Below, one piece after another: positions 1 through 8,952 of a stretch of DNA of 64,000 bases; the stretch's first letter is position 1, and the number at the start of each line of letters is the position of its first letter. Position numbers and translations under genes: made by a program. The notes under the pieces were generated by a model. It saw only the letters and a program-made list of their open reading frames with translations, did not search any database and was not told the DNA's origin. The stretch is from the NCBI GenBank assembly GCA_964558655.1, contig CAZLEX010000001.1, positions 15,356 through 79,355 on the forward strand. The letters run 5' to 3'. The stretch comes from an uncultured Oscillospiraceae bacterium. GTDB taxonomy: Bacteria > Bacillota > Clostridia > Oscillospirales > SIG627.

Positions 1-147
1 GATACCGGCTACAACTATGTTGATGAATTTTTGGGAGAGCTTTCAAGCGGAAACAATTTTTCGACAAAAAATGTTCTGCAGTCATCAAAAATTGCATTGA
101 CAATACAAAAATGGGCAGATGAACGGAGCGAATATGCAAAAATTTAA
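1..147 (+). CDS. 3' end of an upstream gene (partial, product not assignable)
   Basis: Frame 1 is open from base 1 (DTGYNYVDEFLGELSS...ERSEYAKI) to TAA 145-147 and overlaps the likely nagA start at 134. Not in the ORF track because no start codon is present. Confidence 0.55.
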   Translation, partial: DTGYNYVDEFLGELSSGNNFSTKNVLQSSKIALTIQKWADERSEYAKI

Positions 148-1309
148 ATTGTTTGGCGGAACACTGATTACCCCGGAAGGTCTTCGGGAAGCTGATATAC
201 TGCTCAGTAACGGAAAAATAGAAGAGATTGTTTACAGAAACCGTACGGTATCGACCGATTATTATCCTGTGGACTGTACCGGTTTTTATATCAGTCCCGG
301 TTTTGTGGACATTCATCAGCACGGCGGTGGCGGCAGTGATTATATGGACGACGATCCCGATGCCTATTACAACGCCGTAACATCTCACTTAAAGCACGGC
401 GTTACCTCTGTAATGCCAACCTTGCTTTCGGCAGATCAATCCGATACTTTGCGTGCTGTACGCAGATATAATTCGGCTTGCAATGACAAACGAATAAAAT
501 CCAATTTGCTCGGGTTGCATATTGAGGGGCCCTATCTGTCGCCTTTTCAGGCAGGGGCACAAAAACCTGAGCATATTCGAAATTTTGATGAAGCTGAATA
601 TAGATTTTTGTCCGAAAGTGCACAAGGGAATATTCGTCGCTGGAGCGTTGCTCCTGAATTACCCGGAGTTGAAAACTTTGCAAAATTCGCAAAAGAAAAC
701 CGTATAACACTCAGCATTGCTCATTCGGATGCCGATTTCGAATCTGTAAAAAAAGCATTCTGCATGGGATTTAAACATGTTACACATTTCTACTCATGCA
801 TAAGTACCATTACCCGTAGAAACGGTTTTCGGATTCTCGGCATTTTGGAAGCGGCATACCTCATCGAAGAGATGAATGTCGAGATAATTGCCGACGGCTG
901 TCACTTACCGCTTGACTTGTTGCAATTTATAACTAAGTTTAAAAACAAAGAAAATATTGCTTTGATTAGCGACGCTATGCGTGCTGCCGGTCAAAATGTA
1001 CAAAAAAGTTTTTTGGGCAGCAAAGATGATCCGTTGCCTGTAATTATCGAAGACGGGGTTGCAAAAATGGAGAACCGTCAAGCTTTCGCAGGGAGTATTG
1101 CCACCGGTGATCGCTTAATCAGGACAATGCTGGCAACCGGTATTTCACTTACGGAAGCGGTAAATATGGCTACGGCAAATCCTATTCGAATGATGCACTT
1201 AGATGTAAAGAAAGGAAGTATTATTCCCGGATATGATGCCGATCTTTGTGTATTTGATTCCGATATTCAAATAAAAAAAGTGTTCGTCGGAGGTCTACAG
1301 GTCGTATAA
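134..1309 (+). CDS. nagA: N-acetylglucosamine-6-phosphate deacetylase
   Basis: Motifs PGFVDIHQHGGGG, HIEGPY, VAPE, THFYS, IADGCHL, ISDAM, ATANP..GYDADL. Start set at ATG 134 (ORF track starts at 119). Confidence 0.92.
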   Translation: MQKFKLFGGTLITPEGLREADILLSNGKIEEIVYRNRTVSTDYYPVDCTGFYISPGFVDIHQHGGGGSDYMDDDPDAYYNAVTSHLKHGVTSVMPTLLSADQSDTLRAVRRYNSACNDKRIKSNLLGLHIEGPYLSPFQAGAQKPEHIRNFDEAEYRFLSESAQGNIRRWSVAPELPGVENFAKFAKENRITLSIAHSDADFESVKKAFCMGFKHVTHFYSCISTITRRNGFRILGILEAAYLIEEMNVEIIADGCHLPLDLLQFITKFKNKENIALISDAMRAAGQNVQKSFLGSKDDPLPVIIEDGVAKMENRQAFAGSIATGDRLIRTMLATGISLTEAVNMATANPIRMMHLDVKKGSIIPGYDADLCVFDSDIQIKKVFVGGLQVV

Positions 1310-1444
1310 GATTTTCGCACACTAAATTACATACTTTATTTTGAAAATAAAAGCGGAGCAAACACCGTAAAATCCTTATACAAATTTCATGATTTTTCAA
1401 ACATAACAGCGATTACATTATTTTTGGTTATCGCCGTTATACAA

Positions 1445-1475
1445 ACAACCGTTTGCCAGAAGTGCAAACGGCTGT
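1445..1475 (-). terminator. Hairpin terminator after rpoZ
   Basis: 12-bp arms ACAACCGTTTGC / GCAAACGGCTGT (one G-U pair on the minus strand), about 20 nt past the rpoZ stop. Confidence 0.55.
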
Positions 1476-1495
1476 CATTCTTTTTGCTTTTATCA

Positions 1496-1786
1496 TTATT
1501 TTTCGGGAGAGATTATACTTTCGGAGCTGATTTCTTCGACAGAAAGTTTTTCGTTAGGTACAATGACTTCATATTCACCGGCATCAATAGCGTGAACAGC
1601 GGTTTTTACAGGTTTGTCATCATGCACCGGCTTCTTCGAACTTATCTTATCATCATATATAACCGATTTTTCTTCTTCGTTGTATCCGTTAATTATTTCA
1701 CGGGCAACTTTCGAAGTGGCAATACAAATTTGGTATCGATTAAGACCGTTAGAGGTAAGTTTTTCGATTGATGGTTCATTCATCAT
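1496..1786 (-). CDS. rpoZ: RNA polymerase omega subunit
   Basis: PSIEKL..NRYQICIATSKVAREI and C-terminal KPVKTAVHAI; lies directly downstream of gmk, the usual Bacillota order. Confidence 0.85.
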   Translation of the reverse strand: MMNEPSIEKLTSNGLNRYQICIATSKVAREIINGYNEEEKSVIYDDKISSKKPVHDDKPVKTAVHAIDAGEYEVIVPNEKLSVEEISSESIISPEK

Positions 1787-1801
1787 GATATTTATTTCCT
1801 T

Positions 1802-2437
1802 TCAATTATAAAATCTTTTTTTCAGCATTTCGGCACTTTCGCAATATATATCAAGGCCGTTAAGATTTTGCCCGTTCGAAAGCTTTATTATTGCTTCGGT
1901 CAATTCTTCGGCACGATCATCATAATTAATTAAAATATGTTCATAAAGGCATGAATATTCAAGCTCCACTTTCGCCCGCTCAAGTCTTTCGGATATATCT
2001 TCTTCTGTATTTGTTCCTCTGCCCCTCAGACGCTTTTCGAGCGTTTCGTGATTCGGAGGTGACAAAAACACAGACAATATATCTCTTTTGTCAAGAGAAT
2101 TCATCACCTGTTCGGCTCCGTCGACTTCGATTTCAAGAATTACCGTCTTTCCGTCTTCAACAAGCTGTAAAACAGCCTCACGCGGAGTTCCGTAATAATT
2201 CTTGTTAAAAATCGTATATTCCAAAAGTTCTCCGTTTTTTATCATTTCTTCAAAACGAGCTTTCGTCACAAAAAAATAATCTTTACCGTTTTCTTCTCCG
2301 TCTCGCGGTATCCGTGTGGTAGCCGAAACCGAAAAACGAAAAGGTTCTATAATTTTGCTTTTAAACGGAGCAAGAACCGTAGATTTTCCGCTACCTGCAG
2401 AACCTGATATTATCAGAACTTTTCCTCTTTTATTCAT
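1802..2437 (-). CDS. gmk: Guanylate kinase
   Basis: P-loop SGSAGSGKST, SATTRIPRDGEENGKDYFF, YYGTP, LEIEVDGA. Confidence 0.96.
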   Translation of the reverse strand: MNKRGKVLIISGSAGSGKSTVLAPFKSKIIEPFRFSVSATTRIPRDGEENGKDYFFVTKARFEEMIKNGELLEYTIFNKNYYGTPREAVLQLVEDGKTVILEIEVDGAEQVMNSLDKRDILSVFLSPPNHETLEKRLRGRGTNTEEDISERLERAKVELEYSCLYEHILINYDDRAEELTEAIIKLSNGQNLNGLDIYCESAEMLKKRFYN

Positions 2438-2693
2438 CTTCGTCCTCCGTTATTTCTCCGTCTGCCAGAAGTGCCTCCCTAAGCCGCTGCGGCATTATAC
2501 GAGAAAGTATAACATGATCGGAATCGGTCAAAATAACAGCTCTTGTTTTCTTTCCTCCCGATACATCTATGACACGCCCATCGTCTTTGGCGTCCTGAAC
2601 AAGTCGTTTAACGGGAGATGTATCCGGACTGACAATACATATTATTCTATCGGCACAAACCATGTTCCCGGCTCCGAGCATCAACATTTTCAT
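2430..2693 (-). CDS. remA: DUF370 family protein RemA (YlzA)
   Basis: GNMVCADRIICIVSPDTSPVKRLVQDAK..IDVSGGKKTRAVILTDSDHVILS; yicC-remA-gmk-rpoZ synteny. Confidence 0.9.
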   Translation of the reverse strand: MKMLMLGAGNMVCADRIICIVSPDTSPVKRLVQDAKDDGRVIDVSGGKKTRAVILTDSDHVILSRIMPQRLREALLADGEITEDEDE

Positions 2694-2708
2694 ATTAAAT
2701 TCCCCTCG

Positions 2709-3584
2709 TTATTCGATATTTTGCACCTGCTCGCGTATTTTTTCAAGCTCGCTTTTTGCTTCTACCACAAGCCGTGTAATTTCGATTTCGGAACATTTTG
2801 AACCTGTCGTATTTATTTCACGATTCATTTCCTGTATAAGAAAATCAAGTTTTTTTCCTACGGCACCGGACGAATTCATAATATTGTGAAACTGTTCAAA
2901 ATGACTTTTTAATCGACAGAGTTCTTCGTCAACTGCGACTTTATCGGCAAATATCGCAACTTCCGTAAGCAATCTTGTCTCATCGATATCATTTCGTCCG
3001 AGTAATTCAACGATTCTTTCTTTCAATCCAGTTTCGAAATTTTTTACCGACTGCGGTGACAACTTTTCGATTTCAGCACGAATTTTTTCAAGTGCCGACA
3101 ACTTTTCATCTAAATCTTCATAAAGTCTTTTACCTTCGTGAGAACGCATTTTATCATAATCTTCAAAAGCTTCTTTCATTACGGCAGTAACTCTCGACAG
3201 CAAAACTTCTTCATCTTCTTCGACCGCCTTAAGCTGCAAAACTTCCGGAAAGCGAAATGCACTTGATACACCCACATCATTTTTTAGTCCAAAATCTTTA
3301 CTTGCAATTTCAACAGCTTCCAAATAAGAGCGTAACAATTCGCGGTTCAAAACCACTTCTCCACCATCGCCCTCTGTCTTATGTACGGAAAGATATACAT
3401 CTACCTTCCCTCGCGTGATATGAGCTCCGACTTCTTTTTTTATAATATCTTCCAAAAATCCGTATGTTCTCGGAAGCCGTACCGATATATCAAGATATCG
3501 ATTATTTACGCTTTTTATTTCAAACGCCGTCTCAAATCCGTCGGTTATCGCAACCGCTCTGCCATAGCCTGTCATGCTTTTCAT
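2709..3584 (-). CDS. yloC: YicC/YloC family endoribonuclease
   Basis: MKSMTGYG, IKSVNNRYLDI, GKKLDFLIQEMNREINTTGSK, EKIREQVQNIE. Confidence 0.95.
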   Translation of the reverse strand: MKSMTGYGRAVAITDGFETAFEIKSVNNRYLDISVRLPRTYGFLEDIIKKEVGAHITRGKVDVYLSVHKTEGDGGEVVLNRELLRSYLEAVEIASKDFGLKNDVGVSSAFRFPEVLQLKAVEEDEEVLLSRVTAVMKEAFEDYDKMRSHEGKRLYEDLDEKLSALEKIRAEIEKLSPQSVKNFETGLKERIVELLGRNDIDETRLLTEVAIFADKVAVDEELCRLKSHFEQFHNIMNSSGAVGKKLDFLIQEMNREINTTGSKCSEIEITRLVVEAKSELEKIREQVQNIE

Positions 3585-4162
3585 TTTATATCTTTTACAA
3601 TCCTTTCATATTCTTCGGGTTCAAGTAACATATTTACAGCGGACAAAAGTGCTTTTGCACTCATATTGCAAGGAAGATTCAAAATGCGTGAAAGTTTTTC
3701 TCTTCGGCTTTTTGCTTCATTTGTACCCGAAAATCCGTCCGTATAAAATTTTATTCGACTGATTTTTTCAGTTCTTGTAAATCCGTTATTTTCAAAACGA
3801 GAAAAAAGATTCTTGAGAATTTCCGTATCCATTCCTTCAACGCCGAGAAGTCCTTCTTTGGACGGAACGCTTTTCCTTTTTTCCTTCCCGATAACAGGAG
3901 GTATATAAATATGCTCCACTCCGCACCCATGCGTTATGTTATTAATATGCGAACGAAGCAACGCTCCGGCAGAATCGCTGTCGGTTATTACGATAATTCC
4001 TCTTTTTTTCGCAATTGAAGAAATAAGATGACGATTTTCCGAATCATTGAAAATTCCAAATCCGTTTAAAGTTACGATTTCGGCATCGAGCACGGAATCT
4101 AATTTTATTTTATCGTATTTTCCCTCACATATTACAACCTGCGAAAGTTTTATTTTTTTCAT
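3581..4162 (-). CDS. rnmV: Toprim/DUF4093 protein, ribonuclease M5-like
   Basis: VICEGKYD, IITDSDSAG (Toprim DxD), KEGLLGVEG. ATG 4162 follows a GAGG RBS. Confidence 0.8.
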   Translation of the reverse strand: MKKIKLSQVVICEGKYDKIKLDSVLDAEIVTLNGFGIFNDSENRHLISSIAKKRGIIVITDSDSAGALLRSHINNITHGCGVEHIYIPPVIGKEKRKSVPSKEGLLGVEGMDTEILKNLFSRFENNGFTRTEKISRIKFYTDGFSGTNEAKSRREKLSRILNLPCNMSAKALLSAVNMLLEPEEYERIVKDIK

Positions 4163-5226
4163 TTGCACCTCTCGGAAACAAGGCTGATAACAAGTGAATT
4201 CAACAGCAGAATTTTATTCGAGCTCTCTCCTTTAAGTCCTTTATCACATTCAAAACACTCATCAAGACTTATTTTTATACCTTTGAACGTTCTTAACGGA
4301 ATTATTTTATAATATTTATCCGCTTGCCAAGCGGCAAGTCCCACTGTATTTGCCGCATCCGAACATCTTATTCCGCCGAAATAAGCGCTTGATAATGTCG
4401 AAAGTGTACAAACCGTTTTTGAAATCGCCCCGAAGATTACCGTCGGTTCAAAATTTTGCTGTACCAGATTTTCAAATACCGCGACCGCTCTCGCACGCTC
4501 CTGCATTAAAATCGCATCTGACAATTCGTACAGCTCATTTTCGGCAGACGGTTTAACCATCTCACCTATCCATTCCGACGGTACTTCAGCCAAATTACCG
4601 TATTTTGCACGGCATATAAGTTTCTCCGACTCGCTTTTAAGTCTTGTCATTGAAAAATCACACAAATCAATCATACGGTTTAAACAAACATCTGAAATAT
4701 GCAACGATTCGGATGTAAAAAATTTATCGGTCCATGATAAAAGTTTATTTTTGGGCTGCCGCGGAAATTCAACAAACAAAAGTTCTTGAGCAAGAGAACG
4801 AATTATTTTCTTTTCTTTGGCTTTCTTTGTGGAAATATCGAGTTCGTCAAAGTGAAAATAAAAAAGAATTACAGTATCGTCGGCAACGCCGGAAAGCATA
4901 TCGATAAGGATCTTTTCTTCGTCTTTTTTCAAAGTGTTAATGTCAAGTCCCGTAATTTCTATAAGTTTGTGAGGTGCAAGAACCGGAGGCGTATTTATCG
5001 CGTCCGAAATATCCGAAAGCTTGCCTCCTTTCTCAAAAGATACATTAACCAAATTAAATTCGGCCATACCCTCATCGCGAATCTTTTTTCTAACAGCTTC
5101 ACGATAATAATTTTTTAAATATTCTTCCTCTCCCCAAAAAAGATAGCCTCCGACAAAATCAAATTCCAATTTCTCACGAAGTTTTTTTATGTCATCTTGC
5201 CGGTAATTTTGAGAAAAATAAGCCAT
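4159..5226 (-). CDS. holA: DNA polymerase III delta subunit
   Basis: YLFWGEEEYLK, FNLVN, PVLAPHKLIEI, SELEKL-like and D.GLK motifs; 355 aa. Confidence 0.85.
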   Translation of the reverse strand: MAYFSQNYRQDDIKKLREKLEFDFVGGYLFWGEEEYLKNYYREAVRKKIRDEGMAEFNLVNVSFEKGGKLSDISDAINTPPVLAPHKLIEITGLDINTLKKDEEKILIDMLSGVADDTVILFYFHFDELDISTKKAKEKKIIRSLAQELLFVEFPRQPKNKLLSWTDKFFTSESLHISDVCLNRMIDLCDFSMTRLKSESEKLICRAKYGNLAEVPSEWIGEMVKPSAENELYELSDAILMQERARAVAVFENLVQQNFEPTVIFGAISKTVCTLSTLSSAYFGGIRCSDAANTVGLAAWQADKYYKIIPLRTFKGIKISLDECFECDKGLKGESSNKILLLNSLVISLVSERCK

Positions 5227-5227
5227 T

Positions 5228-5566
5228 TTAAGCCATCATTCCCGACATAGGTTTACCGCCCATTATATGAAAGTGAAGATGCTTTACCGTCTGGCAGGCA
5301 TCCGGACCGCAGTTGGATACAAGTCTGTAACCGTTTTCAAGCCCCTGTGATTTCGCGATATCGGGAATTTTTTCAAAAATTGCACGAATAATATCGGAGT
5401 TTTTTGAATTAACACCGTCAAGAGAATCTATGTGCATCTTAGGTATAACAAGTATGTGAACAGGTGCTTGCGGATTAATATCTTTAAATGCATACATTTT
5501 ATCATCTTCATAAATTTTGGTCGAGGGAATTTCTCCCGCTATTATTTTACAAAACAAGCAATCCAT
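5228..5566 (-). CDS. Histidine triad (HIT) nucleotide-binding protein
   Basis: MDCLFCKII, FKDINPQAPVHILVIPK, HLHFH triad. Confidence 0.95.
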   Translation of the reverse strand: MDCLFCKIIAGEIPSTKIYEDDKMYAFKDINPQAPVHILVIPKMHIDSLDGVNSKNSDIIRAIFEKIPDIAKSQGLENGYRLVSNCGPDACQTVKHLHFHIMGGKPMSGMMA

Positions 5567-5578
5567 AAAATTTCTCCT

Positions 5579-8197
5579 TTATTTTCCGTATTTTGCAAAA
5601 AACGCATTGCGTGCTTCGGGGATTTTTTCCGGAAGCTTTCCTCCGGAAGATGCACTGTCCGCACGACCGCCTCCACCGCCGCCCACAATCGGCGAAATTT
5701 CACGGAGTATATTACCTGCGTGTGCTCCGAGTGCTACTGCTTCTTTTCCGCAAAAAGCGGAAAAAATAAGTTTCGAATCTAAAATGCTGTATATAACACC
5801 CACGATATTGGAATACTTGTCGCGAAGTCTGTCTCCCTCTCCTCTGAGTGTCTGAGCGTCTGCTCCCGTTAATTCTCCGAACAGCAATTTAAAACCGCCG
5901 GATTCAACAATTCCGTTTTCCAACTCTTTTGACTCACGGGCAGCTTCTTTGGCTTGAATTTCACGCAATTTGGCATTGGATTCCTTCATATCCCGCACCA
6001 TGACATTAATTTTTTCAACAAGTGCAAAACCGCTTTGTGCGTGTGCTGCCGATACTGCATTTTCTATAAGTTCTTCCTTTTCTTTTAACAAATTCAGAAT
6101 TCCGGTACCGGTAACACCTTCTATTCTTCTTATACCTGCAGCAACACCGGATTCGGAAACAAGCTTGAACAAACCTACCTGTGATGTATTTTTTACATGA
6201 GTACCGCCGCAAAGTTCCACCGACGCACTGCCCATCTTTACCATACGAACAACTTTTCCGTATTTTTCTCCGAACAAAGCCATGGCTCCCGCTGCTTTTG
6301 CACTTTCCGGATCTGTTTCGATCGTATCAACATTTATTGAATCGATAATATATCCGTTTACGATATTTTCCGTCTCCTCAAGTTCCTTTTGTGTCATGGG
6401 TGCAAAATGTTTAAAATCAAATCTGACATGATTTTCGTCAACAAGGGATCCTGCCTGCTCAACATGTTCGCCAAGCACTTGGCGGAGAGCCGATTGCAAA
6501 AGATGTGCGGAAGAATGATTTGCCGCAATTGCTCTGCGGCGACGGAAATTCGGAACCGTACGCACACGATCACCCACACGAACCTCGCAATTTACTTCAC
6601 ATTCATGAATGAAAACTCCGTCACGCTTGAGCGTCGTAACCACATTTATACTTCCGTTATCCGTCAAAATGACACCGTCATCTCCGACCTGACCGCCGCT
6701 TTCTCCGTAAAAAGTCGTGCAATCAAGAACTATAACGGCATCTCCTTCGGAAACGCTTTCGACTCTCTGGGAAGATACAACGATGGCAACAACTTTACCG
6801 TCACATTCAGATTCCGTATACCCTCTAAACACAGTTGGCTCAACTCCGTCAAGAACATTTGCAGAAGTAGAATCCCAACCACCTCCGGTACGCCTTGCCG
6901 CACGGGCTCTTTGCTTTTGTTCAAGCATAAGAATATCGAACGCTTCAATATCAACGCCAAGTCCGGATTCAAGAGCAATTTCCTTTGTTATGTCAACGGG
7001 AAAACCGAAAGTATCGTAAAGTTTAAAGGCAACTTCTCCGGAAAGTTCTTTATTTCCCGAGTTCTTCGCTTCGGAAATTAACTCGGTAAGCTTTTCAAGA
7101 CCGGAATCAATCGTTTGAGAAAATCTTTCTTCCTCAAGAGAAAGTATCTTTTTCACATAATCCGACTTTTCAAAAAGTTCCGGATAAGATTCCCTATTAC
7201 ATTCTATTACCACATCGCACAGAGCAGGCAAAAATTCTCCTTTAATTCCTATAAGCCTTCCATGCCTTGCCGCACGCCTGATGAGACGGCGTAACACATA
7301 TCCGCGTCCTTCATTTGAAGGCATAACTCCGTCACAAATCATAAAAGAAGACGAGCGTATATGATCTGTAATTATACGAATCGAAACATCATCTTTATAT
7401 TTTTCTCCGTATGTTTTTCCGGAGAGCTGACAGACCGTATCAAGAATCTTTCTGACCGTATCAACTTCGAACAAATTATCGACACCCTGCATGACACAAG
7501 CCAGACGCTCAAGTCCCATTCCCGTATCAATGTTTTTCTGCGAAAGCTCCGTATAATTGCCATTACCGTCATTATCAAACTGTGAAAATACATTATTCCA
7601 TATTTCCATATATCTGTCACAATCGCATCCCGGTCGACAGTTCGGAGAATTACAGCCGTATTTTTCTCCGCGATCGAAATAAATTTCCGAACACGGACCG
7701 CAAGGACCGCTACCGTGCTCCCAAAAATTGTCCGCTTTCCCCAATTTAACAACTCGATCGGCAGGTATCCCTACTTCTTTCACCCATATATCGTAAGCTT
7801 CGTCGTCCTGTTCGTAAACACTCGGCCAAAGAAGTTCTTCGGGTATTTCAAGTATTTTCGTCAAAAATTCCCACGCCCAAAAAATAGCTTCTCTCTTGAA
7901 ATAATCTCCGAAAGAAAAATTCCCGAGCATTTCAAAATAAGTGCCGTGCCGTGCGGTTTTTCCGACATTATCAAGATCGGGTGTCCGAATACATTTTTGA
8001 CAAGTCGTAACACGCTTTCTCGGAGGCTCTTTTGTCCCTTTGAAATACGGCTTTAACGGTGCCATTCCCGAATTTATGAGAAGAAGGGATTTATCGTTTT
8101 GCGGCACAAGAGAAAAACTCTCAAGTCGCAAATGTCCCTTGCTTTCAAAAAAAGATAAGTATTTCTCGCGAAGTTCATTAAGTCCTGTCCACTGCAT
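5579..8197 (-). CDS. alaS: Alanine-tRNA ligase
   Basis: LLLINSGMAPLK, ARHGTYFEMLGNFSFGDYFK, DTGMGLERL, HSSAHLL, ELCGGTH, GGGGGR. Confidence 0.98.
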   Translation of the reverse strand: MQWTGLNELREKYLSFFESKGHLRLESFSLVPQNDKSLLLINSGMAPLKPYFKGTKEPPRKRVTTCQKCIRTPDLDNVGKTARHGTYFEMLGNFSFGDYFKREAIFWAWEFLTKILEIPEELLWPSVYEQDDEAYDIWVKEVGIPADRVVKLGKADNFWEHGSGPCGPCSEIYFDRGEKYGCNSPNCRPGCDCDRYMEIWNNVFSQFDNDGNGNYTELSQKNIDTGMGLERLACVMQGVDNLFEVDTVRKILDTVCQLSGKTYGEKYKDDVSIRIITDHIRSSSFMICDGVMPSNEGRGYVLRRLIRRAARHGRLIGIKGEFLPALCDVVIECNRESYPELFEKSDYVKKILSLEEERFSQTIDSGLEKLTELISEAKNSGNKELSGEVAFKLYDTFGFPVDITKEIALESGLGVDIEAFDILMLEQKQRARAARRTGGGWDSTSANVLDGVEPTVFRGYTESECDGKVVAIVVSSQRVESVSEGDAVIVLDCTTFYGESGGQVGDDGVILTDNGSINVVTTLKRDGVFIHECEVNCEVRVGDRVRTVPNFRRRRAIAANHSSAHLLQSALRQVLGEHVEQAGSLVDENHVRFDFKHFAPMTQKELEETENIVNGYIIDSINVDTIETDPESAKAAGAMALFGEKYGKVVRMVKMGSASVELCGGTHVKNTSQVGLFKLVSESGVAAGIRRIEGVTGTGILNLLKEKEELIENAVSAAHAQSGFALVEKINVMVRDMKESNAKLREIQAKEAARESKELENGIVESGGFKLLFGELTGADAQTLRGEGDRLRDKYSNIVGVIYSILDSKLIFSAFCGKEAVALGAHAGNILREISPIVGGGGGGRADSASSGGKLPEKIPEARNAFFAKYGK

Positions 8198-8247
8198 TTT
8201 TTATTCTCCGTTAATAATATAATTAAGACGATTCTTTTTTTCATGAA

Positions 8248-8296
8248 TATTATATATCTATTATATATCTTTATTACTATTATATATCTTTATTAC
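8248..8296. repeat. Short tandem repeat in the alaS promoter/leader
   Basis: TATTATATATC x3 (8248, 8259, 8278); 19-mer TATTATATATCTTTATTAC x2 (8259-8296). Confidence 0.85.
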
Positions 8297-8307
8297 GCCG
8301 CCGTCAA
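8279..8307 (-). promoter_or_regulatory. SigA-type promoter of alaS
   Basis: TTGACG (8307-8302), 17-nt spacer, TATAAT (8284-8279). Confidence 0.7.
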
Positions 8308-8372
8308 GAAAAACAAGGCTTTATTAAGCAAAAATTTTACACTTCCTTTATACCGAGTAATTTCAAAAGCAC

Positions 8373-8942
8373 TCATATAAGCCGTATATCGAAATTTTCT
8401 TTCACTGCGGTATAAAAATCCGACAGCGGAAAACCGACAACATTAAAAAAATCTCCTTCGATTTTTTCAATAAAAGCAGCCGCACGGCCCTGTGCTCCGT
8501 AAGCTCCCGCTTTATCTTTCGGTTCTCCGGTCATGATGTAAGCCGTAATTTCATCATTTGAAAGTTCTTTAAAAGTAACAACGGTTTTAACAGCTCTCGA
8601 AAAGCTTTCCCCTTTGTAAAACACCGTATATCCGGTAAAAACTTCGTGAGATCTTCCCGAATAAGTACGAAGCATTTCAAAAGCTTCGTCTTCATTTTTC
8701 GGTTTTCCTAAAATTTTTCCGTCATGCACAACAACGGTATCTGCGGAAACAACCATTGATTCGGGACGAATTTTCGCAATTTGACCTCCCTTTTTCTGAG
8801 AAATTCGAATTACCGTTTCTGCCGGAGTAATTCCGCTCTCAACGGTTTCGTCAACATCACTTACAATAACTTCCGGATCAAGCGAAAACATTTTGAATAT
8901 TTCAAGTCTCCTTGGTGACTTTGAAGCAAGCACGATTTTCAA
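8373..8942 (-). CDS. maf: Maf family nucleoside triphosphate pyrophosphatase
   Basis: IVLASKSPRR, ADTVVV..ILGKP, EPKDKAGAYGAQG, NVVGFPL. Confidence 0.95.
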   Translation of the reverse strand: MKIVLASKSPRRLEIFKMFSLDPEVIVSDVDETVESGITPAETVIRISQKKGGQIAKIRPESMVVSADTVVVHDGKILGKPKNEDEAFEMLRTYSGRSHEVFTGYTVFYKGESFSRAVKTVVTFKELSNDEITAYIMTGEPKDKAGAYGAQGRAAAFIEKIEGDFFNVVGFPLSDFYTAVKENFDIRLI

Positions 8943-8952
8943 TTAAGTATTC

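Noticed and set aside
6389-7081. 230-aa ORF on + (and other long antisense ORFs such as 2316-2801, 12748-13302, 44818-45483, 45332-45958, 54105-54572, 56566-57090)
   Set aside because: They lie wholly opposite well-supported genes and have no RBS or recognisable motif, so they are shadow frames.
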